From positions 4,265,865-4,329,864 of the forward strand of contig NC_057719.1 in the NCBI RefSeq assembly GCF_004010195.1: DNA of 64,000 bases. Direction: 5' to 3'. Numbering within the stretch: position 1 is the stretch's first letter; each line of letters opens with the position of its first letter. Below, one piece after another: positions 11,872 through 24,329 of this stretch. Source of the DNA: Chiloscyllium plagiosum. Lineage: Eukaryota. The notes beneath the pieces are model-generated. The model worked only from the letters and a program-made list of their open reading frames with translations. It searched no databases and was not told the DNA's origin. The position numbers and the translations under genes are program-made.

Positions 11872-12179
11872 CTGCAAATCTTTAGCCTCAGTTCCCTAGG
11901 TTTCTCCCAATCACCTTCTCTCATTTTTTGGTTTCAAGTCTTTGGAACTCCTTGTCACAGAGAGCTGTGGGAGAAGAGTCCATGTGTGTATTGAAGGCTG
12001 AGATAGAGAGATCTTTAATTAGTCGGGGAATCAAAGATGACAGGGAAGGGGTAGGAAAGTGGAGTTAGGAACGACGGACTAGCCACAATCCTATTAAATG
12101 GTGGAGTTGGCTCAAGGGACCAAATGGCCTACTCCTGTTCCTATTTCTTATGCTCTTATTAGACTTGAAATCAGGCCTT

Positions 12180-12790
12180 GCACTGTAACCCTCTGAAAAC
12201 CTCCCACAGTAATTCTGATATACTAAACCACCTCTTTTAATAACATGTTACAGTAAATCTCCAACAGTAATTCTGATATATTAAATCTTATTGTTACACT
12301 GATATATTCCATTTCTCACTCCAGCACTCTTCAATATGTTAAACCCCTGACTATAACACTCCCTGATATATTAAACATTCTGTTGTAGCGCTTCCTGATA
12401 TAATAATTCCCTAACTACATACTGGCACATTTTTCCTCACTGTACTTCTCTGATGCATTATATGTTGCTGCTACAATTTCTAAGATATTAAATCTCCTAT
12501 TCTAAAACTCCATTATAATCAATCTCAGTCTATACTACTCTGATATAAACAGTCCCCCTCTATTATACTCTGACATAATTAATCTCCTTGCGTAACCAAA
12601 ATTCAACCTCTCATTTTAACATTTTCAGATACAATTCTCACTAACTCTGATATTTAGATTGCATTTTGTAGCACCATCAAATAGATTAAACCTTGTTTTG
12701 TAATTAGTCTAACATTAAATCTCATGCTAAAAACACACATATATAAACACCGATAACTATAACTTGCAATTCTGCAACATATTTAGTTAC
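12180..12790. repeat. Cryptic AT-rich tandem repeat (~30-32 bp, TGATATATTAAAnCTCTCAnTGTAACACTC), left part
   Basis: Degenerate GATATATTAAA...TGTAAC units recur; same family and orientation as 26630-27182. Confidence 0.7.
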
Positions 12791-12819
12791 ATGTTGCAGG
12801 CTTTCCAATTTTTACACCA

Positions 12820-13119
12820 AACCACATGAAATAATCAGGACAGTTGACTGAAAAGAACTTAAATCAAAGAGGTTTGGAAAAGAGATTGATTTTAAGGAGC
12901 AAATGAAAACAAAGAACTGTGGATAGTGGAGATCTGAAACAAACAGAAACAAGAATTGCCAAAGAAACTCAGCAGGTCTGGCAGCAGCTGTGAAAAGAAA
13001 ACAGAATTAACGTTTAAAGTCCAGTGACCCTTCTTCAGATGTATCCTGTTTGTGCAGCAGATGCTGTTTTTGTTGTAGGTTTTAAGGAGTGTCTTAAAGT
13101 GCCTGAAAGGATGACAGAG
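12820..13119 (-). mobile_element. L2-like LINE 3' end (continues at 26108-26560)
   Basis: GTAGGTTTTAAGGAGTGTCTTAAAG joins GAGAGGTTTAGGTAGAGAGTTCCAGA...GGCAGCTGAA, as in the copy at 59530-59890. Confidence 0.65.
12900..13079 (-). mobile_element. Penelope-like short insertion
   Basis: 10-bp TSD TTTTAAGGAG at 12890-12899 and 13080-13089; rc core CTGAAGAAGGGTCACTGGAC. Confidence 0.75.
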
Positions 13120-13139
13120 TCTTAGAGGGGAGAGTCAGG

Positions 13140-13410
13140 AGCAGAAACCCAGTTCTCTACAGGCAGGATAGATACCAGAGGGTTGTGTTGCCTGCTCAGT
13201 ATCAGGATTGAGGACATTGGCTGTGGGCTGGAGATGATGGGGAGGATCCAGTTGTTGTAGTCCATGTAGCTATCAACAATATGGGATTAGGAAACTAGCT
13301 CTGCTTGGAGAGCAGGAACAATGAGGGACTAAATTTTTAAAAAAACTGGAACTTCAATGATATTAATCTCTGGATTATTACCTGAGCCATAAGCAAATTG
13401 GCATAGGGCT
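13140..13410 (+). mobile_element. Ancient CR1 ORF1 esterase fragment (piece 1 of a split element)
   Basis: Degenerate LCCL...GEDPVVVVHVA.N...ISGLLPEP.ANWHR, the SGNH/GDSL esterase of CR1 ORF1. Confidence 0.7.
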
Positions 13411-14744
13411 ATTTTTTTTTGTAACAATTCATAGAAAATACCCTGGTTCCACACTGTAGGATTCTATAAATGCTGCATGGAAACCTTAAATTTTGAAGGT
13501 GTGGAAAATTGATTTATTTCAAGTTTTGTGAAAATATTTGGAGTGGGCATTTTTAAAAAATATGTAATTGGAAAGTCTCTGTGACAGCAGAATTTTTTTT
13601 AACAAGGCCTCCTAGAAATTATTTGATTAATGATACCTACTTGCTTTGCTGTTGACCCCTGTTGGAGTTGTCTGAACAGTGACGAGGTGGAGAGTACTTT
13701 AGAATTAGTTGGGGAATATGTTGCCTCTGAGGAAGAACTGACCTGCTGATTTCTTCTACTTCTGAAAAGAAACCTGTTGTTGATTTTCGGGTGAATAATA
13801 TTGCTTGTCAGGAATTTCTCAATATTGTAGCTCCTGAGCAAGCTGGGTCTTCCAAGACTCCAGGCACTATATGTGATTACTGAATTGATGATATGTGGCA
13901 GAAGATCAGAGTCAAAGACTTCAGAACATCCTATGCATTGTACTTTTTGCCTTCAAAAAAAATTCTAATGGCAGAAAAAAATTGTTCTAAAGTGGACCTC
14001 TGCGGAGGTTGTTTCAGAGAGAGAGTGTGTGTTTTAAGAACATAGAACGCTGAAAATACAGCACAGAACAGGCCATTTGGCCCACCAAGTTGTGCTGAGG
14101 ATTAATCCTAATGTAAAATAAAATAATTTAACCTACTCACCCCTCAATTCACTGCTATCCATGTGCAAGTCCAGCAGTTGCTTAAATATCCCGAATGACT
14201 CTGCTTTCACCACCGGCAATGCATTCCATGCACTCACAACTCTCTGCGTAAAGAACCTTCCTCTGACATCCTCTCTATACCTCTCTCCTAATATCTTAAA
14301 ACTATAACCCCTCGTACCTGCCCTGGGGAAAAGTCTCTGGCTATTGACTCTATCCATTCCCCTCATTATCTTGTATACCTCCATCAGGTCACCTCTCTTC
14401 CTCCTTCTCTCCAGAGAGAAAATTCCAAGCTTAGTCAACCTCTCTTCATAAGGCAAGCCCTCCATTCCAGGCAGCATCATGGTAAACCTTCTTTGCACCC
14501 TCTCCAAAGCCTCTGTATCTTTGCTATAGTTCAGCGGCCAGAACTAGACACAATATTCCAAGTGTGGTCTCACCAGTGATTTGTAGAGCTGTAGCAAAAC
14601 CTCGCAGCTCTTAAACTCGATCCCCCTGTTAATGAAAGCCAAAACACCAAATGCTTTCTTAACAACCCTATCCACTTGGGTGGCAACTTTGAGGGACATA
14701 GGTACTTGAACACCAAGATCCCTCTGTTCCTCGGCACTGCCAAA

Positions 14745-15050
14745 ACCTGGCACAGTGGCTAACACTGCTGCCTCACAGCGCCAGAGACCGGGTTCAATTC
14801 CCGCCTCAGGCAACTGTCTGTGTGGAGTTTGCACATTCTCCCTATGTCTGCGTGGGTTTCCACTGGGTGCTTCGGTTTCCTCCCACAGTCCAAAAATGAG
14901 CAGGTTAGGTGAATTGGCCATGCTAAATTGCCTGTAGTGTTAGGTGAAGGGGTAAGATGTAGGGGAATGGGCCTGGGTGAGTTGCTCTTTAGAGGGTCGG
15001 TGTGGACTTGTTGGACCGAAGGGCCTGTTTCCACACTGTAAGTAATCTAA
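14745..15050 (+). mobile_element. HE1 V-SINE nested in CR1
   Basis: B box GGGTTCAATTCCC, V-domain, GTAAGTAATCTAA tail. Confidence 0.92.
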
Positions 15051-15476
15051 GTTAATCCTATATTCAGCATCCGAGTTCGATCTTCCAAAATGCATCACTT
15101 CGCATTTATCCAGGTTGAACTCCATCTGCCATTTCTCAGCCCAGCTCTGCATCCTGTCTATGTCACACTGCAGCCTGCAGTAGCCCTCCAAACTATCAAC
15201 GGCACCTCCAACCTTTGTGTCATCTGCAAATTTACTAACCCACCCCTCAACCTCCTCATCCAAGTCATTTATAAAAGCTACAAAGAGCAGAAGCCCAAGA
15301 GCAGAGCCCTGCAGGACCTCACTCAACACTGACCTTCAGGCAGAATACTTTCCATCTACAACCACTCTCTGCCTTCTGTCAGCCAACCAATTCTGAATCC
15401 AGATAGCCAAATCTCCCTGTATCCCATACTTTCTAACTTTATGAATGAGCCTACCATGGGGAACCTTATCAAATGT

Positions 15477-15791
15477 GGGCGGTACGGTGGCACAGTGGTT
15501 AGCACTGCTGCCTCACAGCGCCAGAGACTCGGGTTCAATTCCCGCCTCAGGCGACTGACTGTGTGGAGTTTGCACGTTCTCCCTGTGTCTGCGTGGGTTT
15601 CCTCCGGGTGCTCCGGTTTCCTCCCACAGTGCAAAGATGTGCAGGTCAGGTGAATTGGCCATACTAAATTGCCCGTAGTGTTAGGTAAGGGGTACATGTA
15701 GGGGTATGGGTGGGTTGCGCTTCGGCGGGGCGGTGTGGACCTGTTGGGCCGAAGGGCCTGTTTCCACACTGTAAGTAATCTAATCTAATCT
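15477..15791 (+). mobile_element. Full-length HE1 V-SINE nested in CR1 RT
   Basis: TSD AAATGT at 15471-15476 and 15792-15797; A and B boxes; (TAATC)3 tail; CpG-rich, so probably young. Confidence 0.95.
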
Positions 15792-17744
15792 AAATGTCTT
15801 GCTGAAGTCCATATACACCACATCCACTGCTCGACCTTCATTCACCTGTCTTGTTACCTCCTCAAAGAACTCAATAAGATTTATGAGGCATGACCTGCCC
15901 CTCACAAAGTCACGCTGACTGCCTTTAATCACGCTATGCTTTGCCAAATAGTCATAAATCCTATCCCTCAGAATTCTTTCCACAACTTTGCTGACCACAG
16001 ACGTAAGACTGACTGATCTGTAATTGCCGGGGATTTCCCTATTCCCCTTCTTGAAAAGAGGAACAACATTCGCCTCCTTCCAATCCTCTGGTACGACTCC
16101 CGTGGAGAGTGAGGAGGCAAAGATCTTTGCCAACAGCTTAGCAACCTCCTTTCTTGTTTCCCGGGGCAGTCTAGGATAAATCTGGTCAAGCCCTGAGGAC
16201 TTATCAATCTTAATGTTTTCCAAAATTTCTAGCATATCAACTTCATCAATCTTGATCTGGTCAAGCCTGTATCCCAGCTCATTCACAACAAGGTCCCATT
16301 CCTTCATGAAAACTGAAAGAAAAAACTCATTTAGGGCTTCCCCTATCTGCTCAGACTCCACGCACAAGTTCCCTCCGCTATCCCTGATCGGCCCTACCTT
16401 CTCCCTAATCATTCTCTTATTCCTCACAAATGAGTAAAATACCTTTAGGTTCTCCCTAATCCTTCTTGCCAAGCCTTTTTTGTGACCCTCCTGGCTGTCC
16501 TCAGTCCATTTTTGAGCTCCTTTCTAGCAAGCCTGTAATCATCTAAAGCTGTGCTCGATCCTTGCTTCCTCCACCTTACGTAAGCTGCCTTCTTCCTTTT
16601 GACGAGAAGCTCCTCTGTTCTCATCATCCAAGGTTCCTTAATCTTACCCCGTCTTACCCGTCTCAGAGGAACAAATTCGTGCATCACTCACAACAACTGC
16701 TCCTTAAACAGTCTCCACATGTCTGCTGTGTCCTTTCTGTGGAACAATTGCTCCCCATCTGTACATCCCAAATCCTCTCTGATAGCGTCATAATTTCCTT
16801 TTCTCCAATTAAATATCTTCCCTCAGTAACTGCACCTTTCCCTCTCCAAGTCTCACGTGGGTTAAATGTGAGGCAGTTGTGATCACTCTCACCAAACTGT
16901 TCTCCCACCACAAGATCTGACACCTGTCCTGGCTCACTGCCGAGCACCAAATCCAAAATGGCCTCTCCTCTCATCGGTCTGTCTACATACTGAGTAAGGA
17001 AACTCTCCTGAACACACCTGACAAAAACAGCTCCATTCAAACCATCTGCACTAAGGAGGTTCCAGTCAATATTGAGAAGTTGAAATCACCCAAAGCAACA
17101 ACCCTGCTACATCTGCATTTTTCCAAAATCTGCCTGTCTATGAGTTCTTCAATCTCTCTACTGCTATTAGGTGGTCTGTAGAAAATCCCCAATGAGGTGG
17201 CTGTTCCTAACTTCTATCCACACTGATTCAGTAGACAAACCTTCTTCGTTCTTCAATCTCTCTACTGCTATTAGGTGGTCTGTAGAAAATCCCCAATGAG
17301 GTGGCTGTTCCCTTGCTGTTCCTAACTTCTATCCACACTGATTCAGTAGACAAACCTTCTTCAACAACATTCGTTTCTGTAGCTGTGATGCACTCTCTGA
17401 TTAGTAATGCTACATTCCACCCTCCCTGTTCTTTTTAAACATTCTAAACCCTGGAACATCAAGCAACCATTCCTGCCCCTGTGAAACCCATGTTTCTGTT
17501 ATGGCCGCAACATCATAGTCCCAAGTACTGGTTCATGCTCTAAGTTTGTCACACTTTTGAGGTAATTAGAGGCATAAACATTTATACTTCTACGTTATAT
17601 ATACTGTATGTTAAATCTTATAAAGATAAGGTATTTAATTTACCATCTTGGTATCAGGCAAAGTATTTTTATTGTATATTATTATCCGTGAAGTCATGGA
17701 ACTAGCAACAGTGCACTGCTCGTCTCAGTTATAGCAAAATAATA

Positions 17745-18180
17745 TTAGAAAGTTAAGTGTGTGCTACAAAGGCTGGTGTGGAAGACATGGGTTTTGATTC
17801 AGGGAGAATGTGGAAGATATACCACAAGGAAGGTTTGTACCTGTATTGTGATGTAACCAATGTATTGCGAGTCCTGTAACTGTCATGATCCAGAGGGCTT
17901 TAAAAAGTTCTAAAGGCTCTGTATCAGAGCCTTTTGTGACAAAACAGCTGAAATGATAACATAAAAATCAATAAATTTGGATGATCTGACACCCATTAAA
18001 GAGCATGGCAATATAACAATGATTGGGCCTTTAGAGTACATCAGATTTCAGAAGGACTGACAGTAAGGAATAAGTGGAGGGCTAGCTGTGATAACTAGAG
18101 ATGACATTAGTACAATGGACATATTGCCTCAATGCTAAATATTGAGATGTACAATCAGTTTGGGTCAGATAAGAATAGTT
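17745..18180 (+). mobile_element. Ancient CR1, piece 2 (ORF1 end and endonuclease remnant)
   Basis: Degenerate W.GR.GF.F, GL.L and FR.D...GG.A...VW.IRN motifs. Confidence 0.55.
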
Positions 18181-19435
18181 ACGCTGCCCAATTTGCTAAC
18201 TGATTACTATGCAGGACGAAAGCAATTCACACAAGATGTATTTTCAGTAACAGGAAAAAAAACCTCTTTATTGTAACATGCTTAACTTTACCAAGAACAG
18301 TTTGAAAAAAAGGAACGCATGATTATGCAAGTTAAACCATGCTCCTTCCAAGCCCCAGAACCCACATAAACCCAATCACAGTTAAGACAGGCAAAAGAGA
18401 ACTGATTTAACACATATACTATGGGTGGGAAAATAATATCGGAGGGATAAACAAAGATTCCAAGGACCAAAAAAATGGAAAGCTATTTTCTCACATTTTT
18501 GTAATGCTGATACACTGTTGACAGTAGGAAGATGGAATTTCCTCAATTCAATGGTTGATCAGGTGAACTTGGATCTTTTCTTGTATAAATTATTTCTTTT
18601 AAATGTTTTTTTTTCCCTGAGACAGAGAGGGAGAGGTTCTCTGTGCAGGCTCTAGCTTTTTCTTTTCCTATGTTTATATGGGCGCCTACAGGTTTTTAAA
18701 CCCTCTGCAACTCAACCAATCAGAGAGCTGTTGTCAGGCAGAATTTCCAGAACTGGAAAAACTCTTGGTGCTGCTCAGTTTTGAATTCTCTTGTTGGTCC
18801 TTTGAAAAGCAACATTAGATCAACATAATCCATCAGTACATGTAGCTTTTTGAGATGTAAAGTTCCCCTGTATTTGAGTTAGACCAGTCCAGCTTCCATT
18901 TTAGTTTATAGTCCTAAAAATCAAATATATATCTTCATATACATTCTGATAGGACCGGGATGCTAACTAATGTGTTATAACTTGCTCCAAAATGACTGTC
19001 TCCAAGAAAAAAAAGAGATACAATAGAATTTCAAGTTATAGCTATCCTGCAAGATGCTGTGTTATTGATTTTCCACTTAACCTCTGAGATAGGTCACAGA
19101 CAGTCGACTGAATGCAATGCAAACTTTTGTATAGATGAAAACTGTTTCCCCACCCCCCACAGAGGCTTGTCACGTGACCCCCACAGCACTGAACCCATCC
19201 AACAACAAACCTATTGAAACAGCAATCACATAAGTGCTCAACAGCATGCAACACCTACTGATAGCAAAATCCCTAACTGCAGGGTACAAAGTAAAAACCT
19301 CCAGCCTGTGAAACCAGCCAACAATCTGCAAGACATCAACTTTCTTTCACCAAAACAGTGAAACAGAAGTTACATTTCAGCAAAGTTCCCTGGACAATGT
19401 TAAAATAAGTCTTTTAAAGAGAAGAAACTGTGACA
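18178..19435 (-). mobile_element. Probable LTR-derived sequence (one or two solo LTRs)
   Basis: GTTACG start, minus-strand AATAAA at ~18266, TGTGACA end at 19435; interrupts the old CR1; boundaries uncertain. Confidence 0.35.
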
Positions 19436-19445
19436 CTTAAATTAG

Positions 19446-19895
19446 ATGTTGGGTTTGGAGGGTTTGAGCTGCAGGGAGAGGCTGAATAGGATGGGGCTAT
19501 TTTCCCTGGAGCGTTGGAGGCTGAGGGGTGACCTTGTGGAGGTTTATAAAATCATGAGGGGCATGGATAGGGTAAATAGATGTCTTTTCCTCAGGACGGG
19601 GGAGTCCAAAACTAGAGGGCATAGGTTTAAGGTAAGAGGGGCAAGATTTAAAAGGGACTTAATGGGCAACTTTTTCATGCAGAAGGTGGTATGTGTATGT
19701 AACGAGCTGCCAGAGGAAGTGGTGGAGGCTGATACAATTACAAAGGCATCTGGATGGGTATATGAATAGGAAGAGTTTAGAGGGATATGGGCCAAATGTT
19801 GGCAAATAGGACTAGATTAATGTAGGATATCTGGTCAGCATGGACAGGTTGGACCAAAGGGTCTGTTTCCATGCTGTACATCTCTATGACCCTAT
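19446..19895 (+). mobile_element. CR1 3' fragment
   Basis: ORF 19446 GLFSLERWRLRGDLVEVYKIMRG; CTCTATGAC tail. Confidence 0.92.
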
Positions 19896-20269
19896 AACTG
19901 CTGGCTCGCCAATTAAGCACAAAGGAATGTAAGACTGCTAACTCCATTGTTGGACTTTTATACACCATCTCAAAAGCAAGGACGTTGATAAACTGATATC
20001 TCTCAGTTGTTTTGAATTTGAGTTGTCATTAGTTGAATAATCTCTTTATCCTTTTTGTTCAATCTCTACCCTCAAGTTATTCGTGTCTTGAAGTGGCACT
20101 GCCCTTTCTCTGACTCCCATCTTCTGGTTTAACTTGTCAACAATATTCGTACAGTCCTTGTAAAGTCAGATCTCACAAATAGACAGAGTGGGAGCTGTAG
20201 CATGTTTAAAAAAAGGAACATTTACGTCACAATCTGCTTACTGACACGTAGTGAGAATAGAGACAGATT

Positions 20270-23200
20270 TATAGAACATTTAAACATAGAACATTACAGC
20301 ACAGTACAGGCCCTTCGGCCCTCGGTATTGCGCCGACCTGTCATACCAATCTGAAGCCCATCTAACCTACACTATTCCATGTACGGCCATATGCTTGTCC
20401 AATGACGACTTAAATGTACTTAAAGTTGGTGAATCTACGACCGTTGCAGGCAAAGCATTCCATACCCTTACTACTCTCTGAGTAAAGAAACTACCTCTGA
20501 CATCTGTCCTATATCTATCACCCCTCAATTTAACGATATGCCCCCTCGTGCTCGCCGTCACCATACTTGGAAAAAGGCTCTCCCTGTCCACCCTATCTAA
20601 CCCTCTGATTATCTTATATGTTTCTATTAAGTCACCTCTCAACCTTCTTCTCTCTAACGAAAACAACCTCAAGTCACTCAGCCTTTCCTCATAAGATCTT
20701 CCATCCATACTATGCAGCATCCTAGTAAATCTTCTCTGCCCCCTTTCCAAAGCTTCCACATTCTTCTTATAATGCGGTGACCAGAACTGTACAGAATACT
20801 CCACGTGTGGCCGCACCAGAGCTTTGTACAGCTACAGCATAACCCAATGGTTCCGGAACTCGATCCCTCTATTAATAAAAGCTAAAACACNNNNNNNNNN
20901 NNNNNNNNNNNNNNNNNNNNNNNNNNNNNNNNNNNNNNNNNNNNNNNNNNNNNNNNNNNNNNNNNNNNNNNNNNNNNNNNNNNNNNNNNNNNNNNNNNNN
21001 NNNNNNNNNNNNNNNNNNNNNNNNNNNNNNNNNNNNNNNNNNNNNNNNNNNNNNNNNNNNNNNNNNNNNNNNNNNNNNNNNNNNNNNNNNNNNNNNNNNN
21101 NNNNNNNNNNNNNNNNNNNNNNNNNNNNNNNNNNNNNNNNNNNNNNNNNNNNNNNNNNNNNNNNNNNNNNNNNNNNNNNNNNNNNNNNNNNNNNNNNNNN
21201 NNNNNNNNNNNNNNNNNNNNNNNNNNNNNNNNNNNNNNNNNNNNNNNNNNNNNNNNNNNNNNNNNNNNNNNNNNNNNNNNNNNNNNNNNNNNNNNNNNNN
21301 NNNNNNNNNNNNNNNNNNNNNNNNNNNNNNNNNNNNNNNNNNNNNNNNNNNNNNNNNNNNNNNNNNNNNNNNNNNNNNNNNNNNNNNNNNNNNNNNNNNN
21401 NNNNNNNNNNNNNNNNNNNNNNNNNNNNNNNNNNNNNNNNNNNNNNNNNNNNNNNNNNNNNNNNNNNNNNNNNNNNNNNNNNNNNNNNNNNNNNNNNNNN
21501 NNNNNNNNNNNNNNNNNNNNNNNNNNNNNNNNNNNNNNNNNNNCATTTTGTACAATAGCCTACTGTGGGGAACCTTATCGAACGCCTTGCTGAAATCCAT
21601 ATACACTACATCAACCGGTTTACTCTCATCTACCTGTTTGGTCACCTTCTCAAAGAACTCAATAAGGTTTGTGAGGCATGACCTACCTTTCACAAAACCG
21701 TGCTGACTATCCCTAATCAAATTATTCTTTTCTACATGATTGTAAATCCTATATCTTATAACCTTTTCCAGCACTTTACCAACAACTGAAGTAAGGGTCA
21801 CTGGTCTATAATTATCTGGGATGTCTCTACTCCTCTTCTTGAACAGTGTCTTCTGGCACTATTCCTGTAGACAATGATGATTTAAAGATCAATGCCAAAG
21901 GCTCGGCAATCTCCTCTCTGGCTTCCCAGAGGATCCTAGGATAAATCCAATCCTGCCCAGGGGACTTATCTATTTTCACACTCTGCAGGATTTCTAATAC
22001 CTCTTCCTTGTGAACCTCAATCCCACCTAGTCTAGTAGCCTGTATCTCAGTATTCTCCTCAACAACATTGTCATTTTCTAGAGTAAATAATGTCGAAAAA
22101 TATTCATTTAGTGCTTCCCCTATCTCCTCTGACTCCACACACAACTTCCCACTACTATCCTTGATTGGCCCTAATCTTACTCTCGTCATTCTTTTATTCC
22201 TTAAATACCTATAGAAAGCCTTAGGGTTTACCCTGATCCTATCCGCTAACAACTTCTAATGGTCCTCCTGGCTCTTCTCTTTCGGTATTCCCTGGCTACC
22301 TTATAACCCTCAAGCGCCCTACCTGAGCCTTCACATCTCATCCTAACATAAGCCTTCTTCTTCCTCTTGACCAGAGATTTCACTTCCTTCGTAAACCAAG
22401 GTTCCCGTGCTCTGCAGCTTCCTCCCTATCTGACAGGTACATACTTATCTAAGACACACAGTAGCTTTTCCTTGAATAAGCTCCACATTTCTAATGTGCC
22501 CATCCCCTGCAGTTTCCTTCCCCATCCTATGCTTCCTAAATCTTGCCTAATCGCATCGTAATTGCCTTTTCCCCAGCAGTAACTCTTACCCAGTGGTATA
22601 CACCTATCCCTTTCTATCACTAAAGTAAACATAACAGAATTGTGATCGCTATCATCAAAGTGCTCATCTGCTTCCAAGTCTAACACCTGGCTGGGCTCAT
22701 TACACAGTACCAAATCTAATGTGGCTTCACCCCTTAATGGCCTGTCTACATACTGTGTCAGAAAGCCCTCCTGTACACTCTGGACAAAAACTGATCCATC
22801 TATAGTACTCGTATTATCGTGTTCCCAGTCAATATTTGGAAAGTTGAAGTCCCCCATGACAACTACCCTGTCTCTCTCACTCCTATCGAGAATCATCTTT
22901 GCTATCCTTTCCTCTACATCTCTGGAACTATTCGGAAGCCTATAGAAAACTCCCAACAGGGTGACCTCTCCTTTCCTGTTTCTAACCTCAGCCCATACTA
23001 CCTCAGTTGACGAGTCCCCAAACATCCTTTCTGCAACTGTAATACTGTCCTTGATCAACAATGACCCCCCTCTTTTACCATCTTCTCTGGTCTTACTGAA
23101 ACATCTAAATCCTGGAACCTGTAACAACCATTCCTGTCCCAGATCTATCCATGTCTCCGAAATAGCCATAACATCGAAGTCCCAGGTATCAACCCATGCT

Positions 23201-24300
23201 GCAAGATCACCCACCTTATTCCGGATGCACCTGGCGTTGAAGTAGACACACTTCAAACCAGCTTCTTGCTTGCCAGTGCCATCTTGTGTCCCTGAAACTT
23301 GATTTTGGACCTCCCTACTCTCAACCTTTTCTATACTTGAACTACAATTTTGGTTCCCATCCCCCTCTTGGATTAGTTTAAACCCACCCCAATAGCCTTA
23401 GCAAATCTCCCCCCCAGGATATTGGTACCCCTCACTTAGGGCTGCTCCCCCTCCCCCTTAAGGATCCCAAAAACACGATCAGAGACATCACGAACCCTAG
23501 CACCTGGGAGGCAACACACCAACTGTTAGTCTCTCTCGTCCCCACAGAACCTCCTATTTGTCCCCCTAACTATGCTCTGCTCCTCTTCCCCCTTCCCTTC
23601 TGAGCAGCAGGGACAGACTCTGTGCCAGAGTTCTGCGCCCCACTGCTTTCCCCTGTCGTCCACCCCAACAGTATCCAAAATGGTATACTTATTGTTGAGG
23701 GGAATGGCCACAGGGGATCCCTGCACTGCCTGCTGGTTCCCTTTCCGTCCCTTGACTGTAACCCATCTGCCTTTTCCTTGTACCTTAGGAGTGACTACCT
23801 CCCTGTAACTCCTCTCAATAACCCCTCTGCCTCCCGAATGATCCGAAGTTCATCCAGCTCTACCTCCAGTTCCCGAACATGGTTTTCGAGGAGCTGGAGT
23901 TGGGTGCACTTCCTGCAGCTGTAGTCAGCAGGGACACTAGTGGTGACCCTTACCTCCCACATTCTGCAGGAGGAACGTTCAACTGTCCTAACCGCCATTC
24001 CCACGACTCTAAATTCCCAAAGAGACTGTTGAAAAAATAAGGAATAAAAAATAAACTCGTTACCATACCAATCTGGTGTACAGAACCTTTATTTTTGGTT
24101 AGAGGAGAAGGATGGGTGGGAGACACTACTCGAGTAGTGTTTCGGATAACGCAACCACACAAATATATGACTTCCCAGAATTCCTTTGCTCCTCCCTCGC
24201 ACCTCTTAGCAAATGGAAGCCCGACTCCCAAGGTAAGTTCCTTTTAATGCAGGAAAACTCACCCTTCCCGGCATCCCTCATCCCGGCTCTGGTAAAATGA
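20270..24300 (-). mobile_element. Near full-length CR1 LINE (5'UTR, ORF1 Zn-finger/leucine zipper/esterase, ORF2 APE-RT), disrupted, contains N gap
   Basis: ORF 23795 (C..C, CRKC, coiled coil), 22426 (YFNARCI..ISETW..MGDFNFP..SDHN endonuclease), 21827, 20872 (DFSKAFDKVPH), 20367; (GTTCTAT)n tail. Confidence 0.95.
20891..21543. other. Assembly gap (N run) inside CR1 RT
   Basis: Direct. Confidence 1.
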
Positions 24301-24329
24301 TTTGTATTACAATTCATCATTTGTCTTTA

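Larger units (their letters stand above)
14035..17555 (-). mobile_element. CR1 LINE, 5'-truncated ORF2 (APE end, RT, 3'UTR), disrupted
   Basis: ORFs 16684, 16445, 15780 (PGNYRSVSLTSVV...VDVVYMDFSK), 14940 (SKFADDTK), 14133; GTTCTAT tail near 14040. Confidence 0.95.

Noticed and set aside
15477..15560. tRNA gene
   Set aside because: A and B boxes belong to a SINE head that continues into the V-domain and CR1 tail
13420..17737. Solo LTR (TGTAAC...ATAGCA) hosting the 14035-17555 CR1
   Set aside because: Plausible, but no TSD or second copy is visible, so it is not listed as a feature
20824..21801. Long ORFs of 244 and 309 aa
   Set aside because: Length comes from the N gap; the real part is CR1 RT
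22426..23256. Active or domesticated endonuclease gene (276 aa)
   Set aside because: Part of a CR1 with frameshifts and deletions in ORF1 and ORF2
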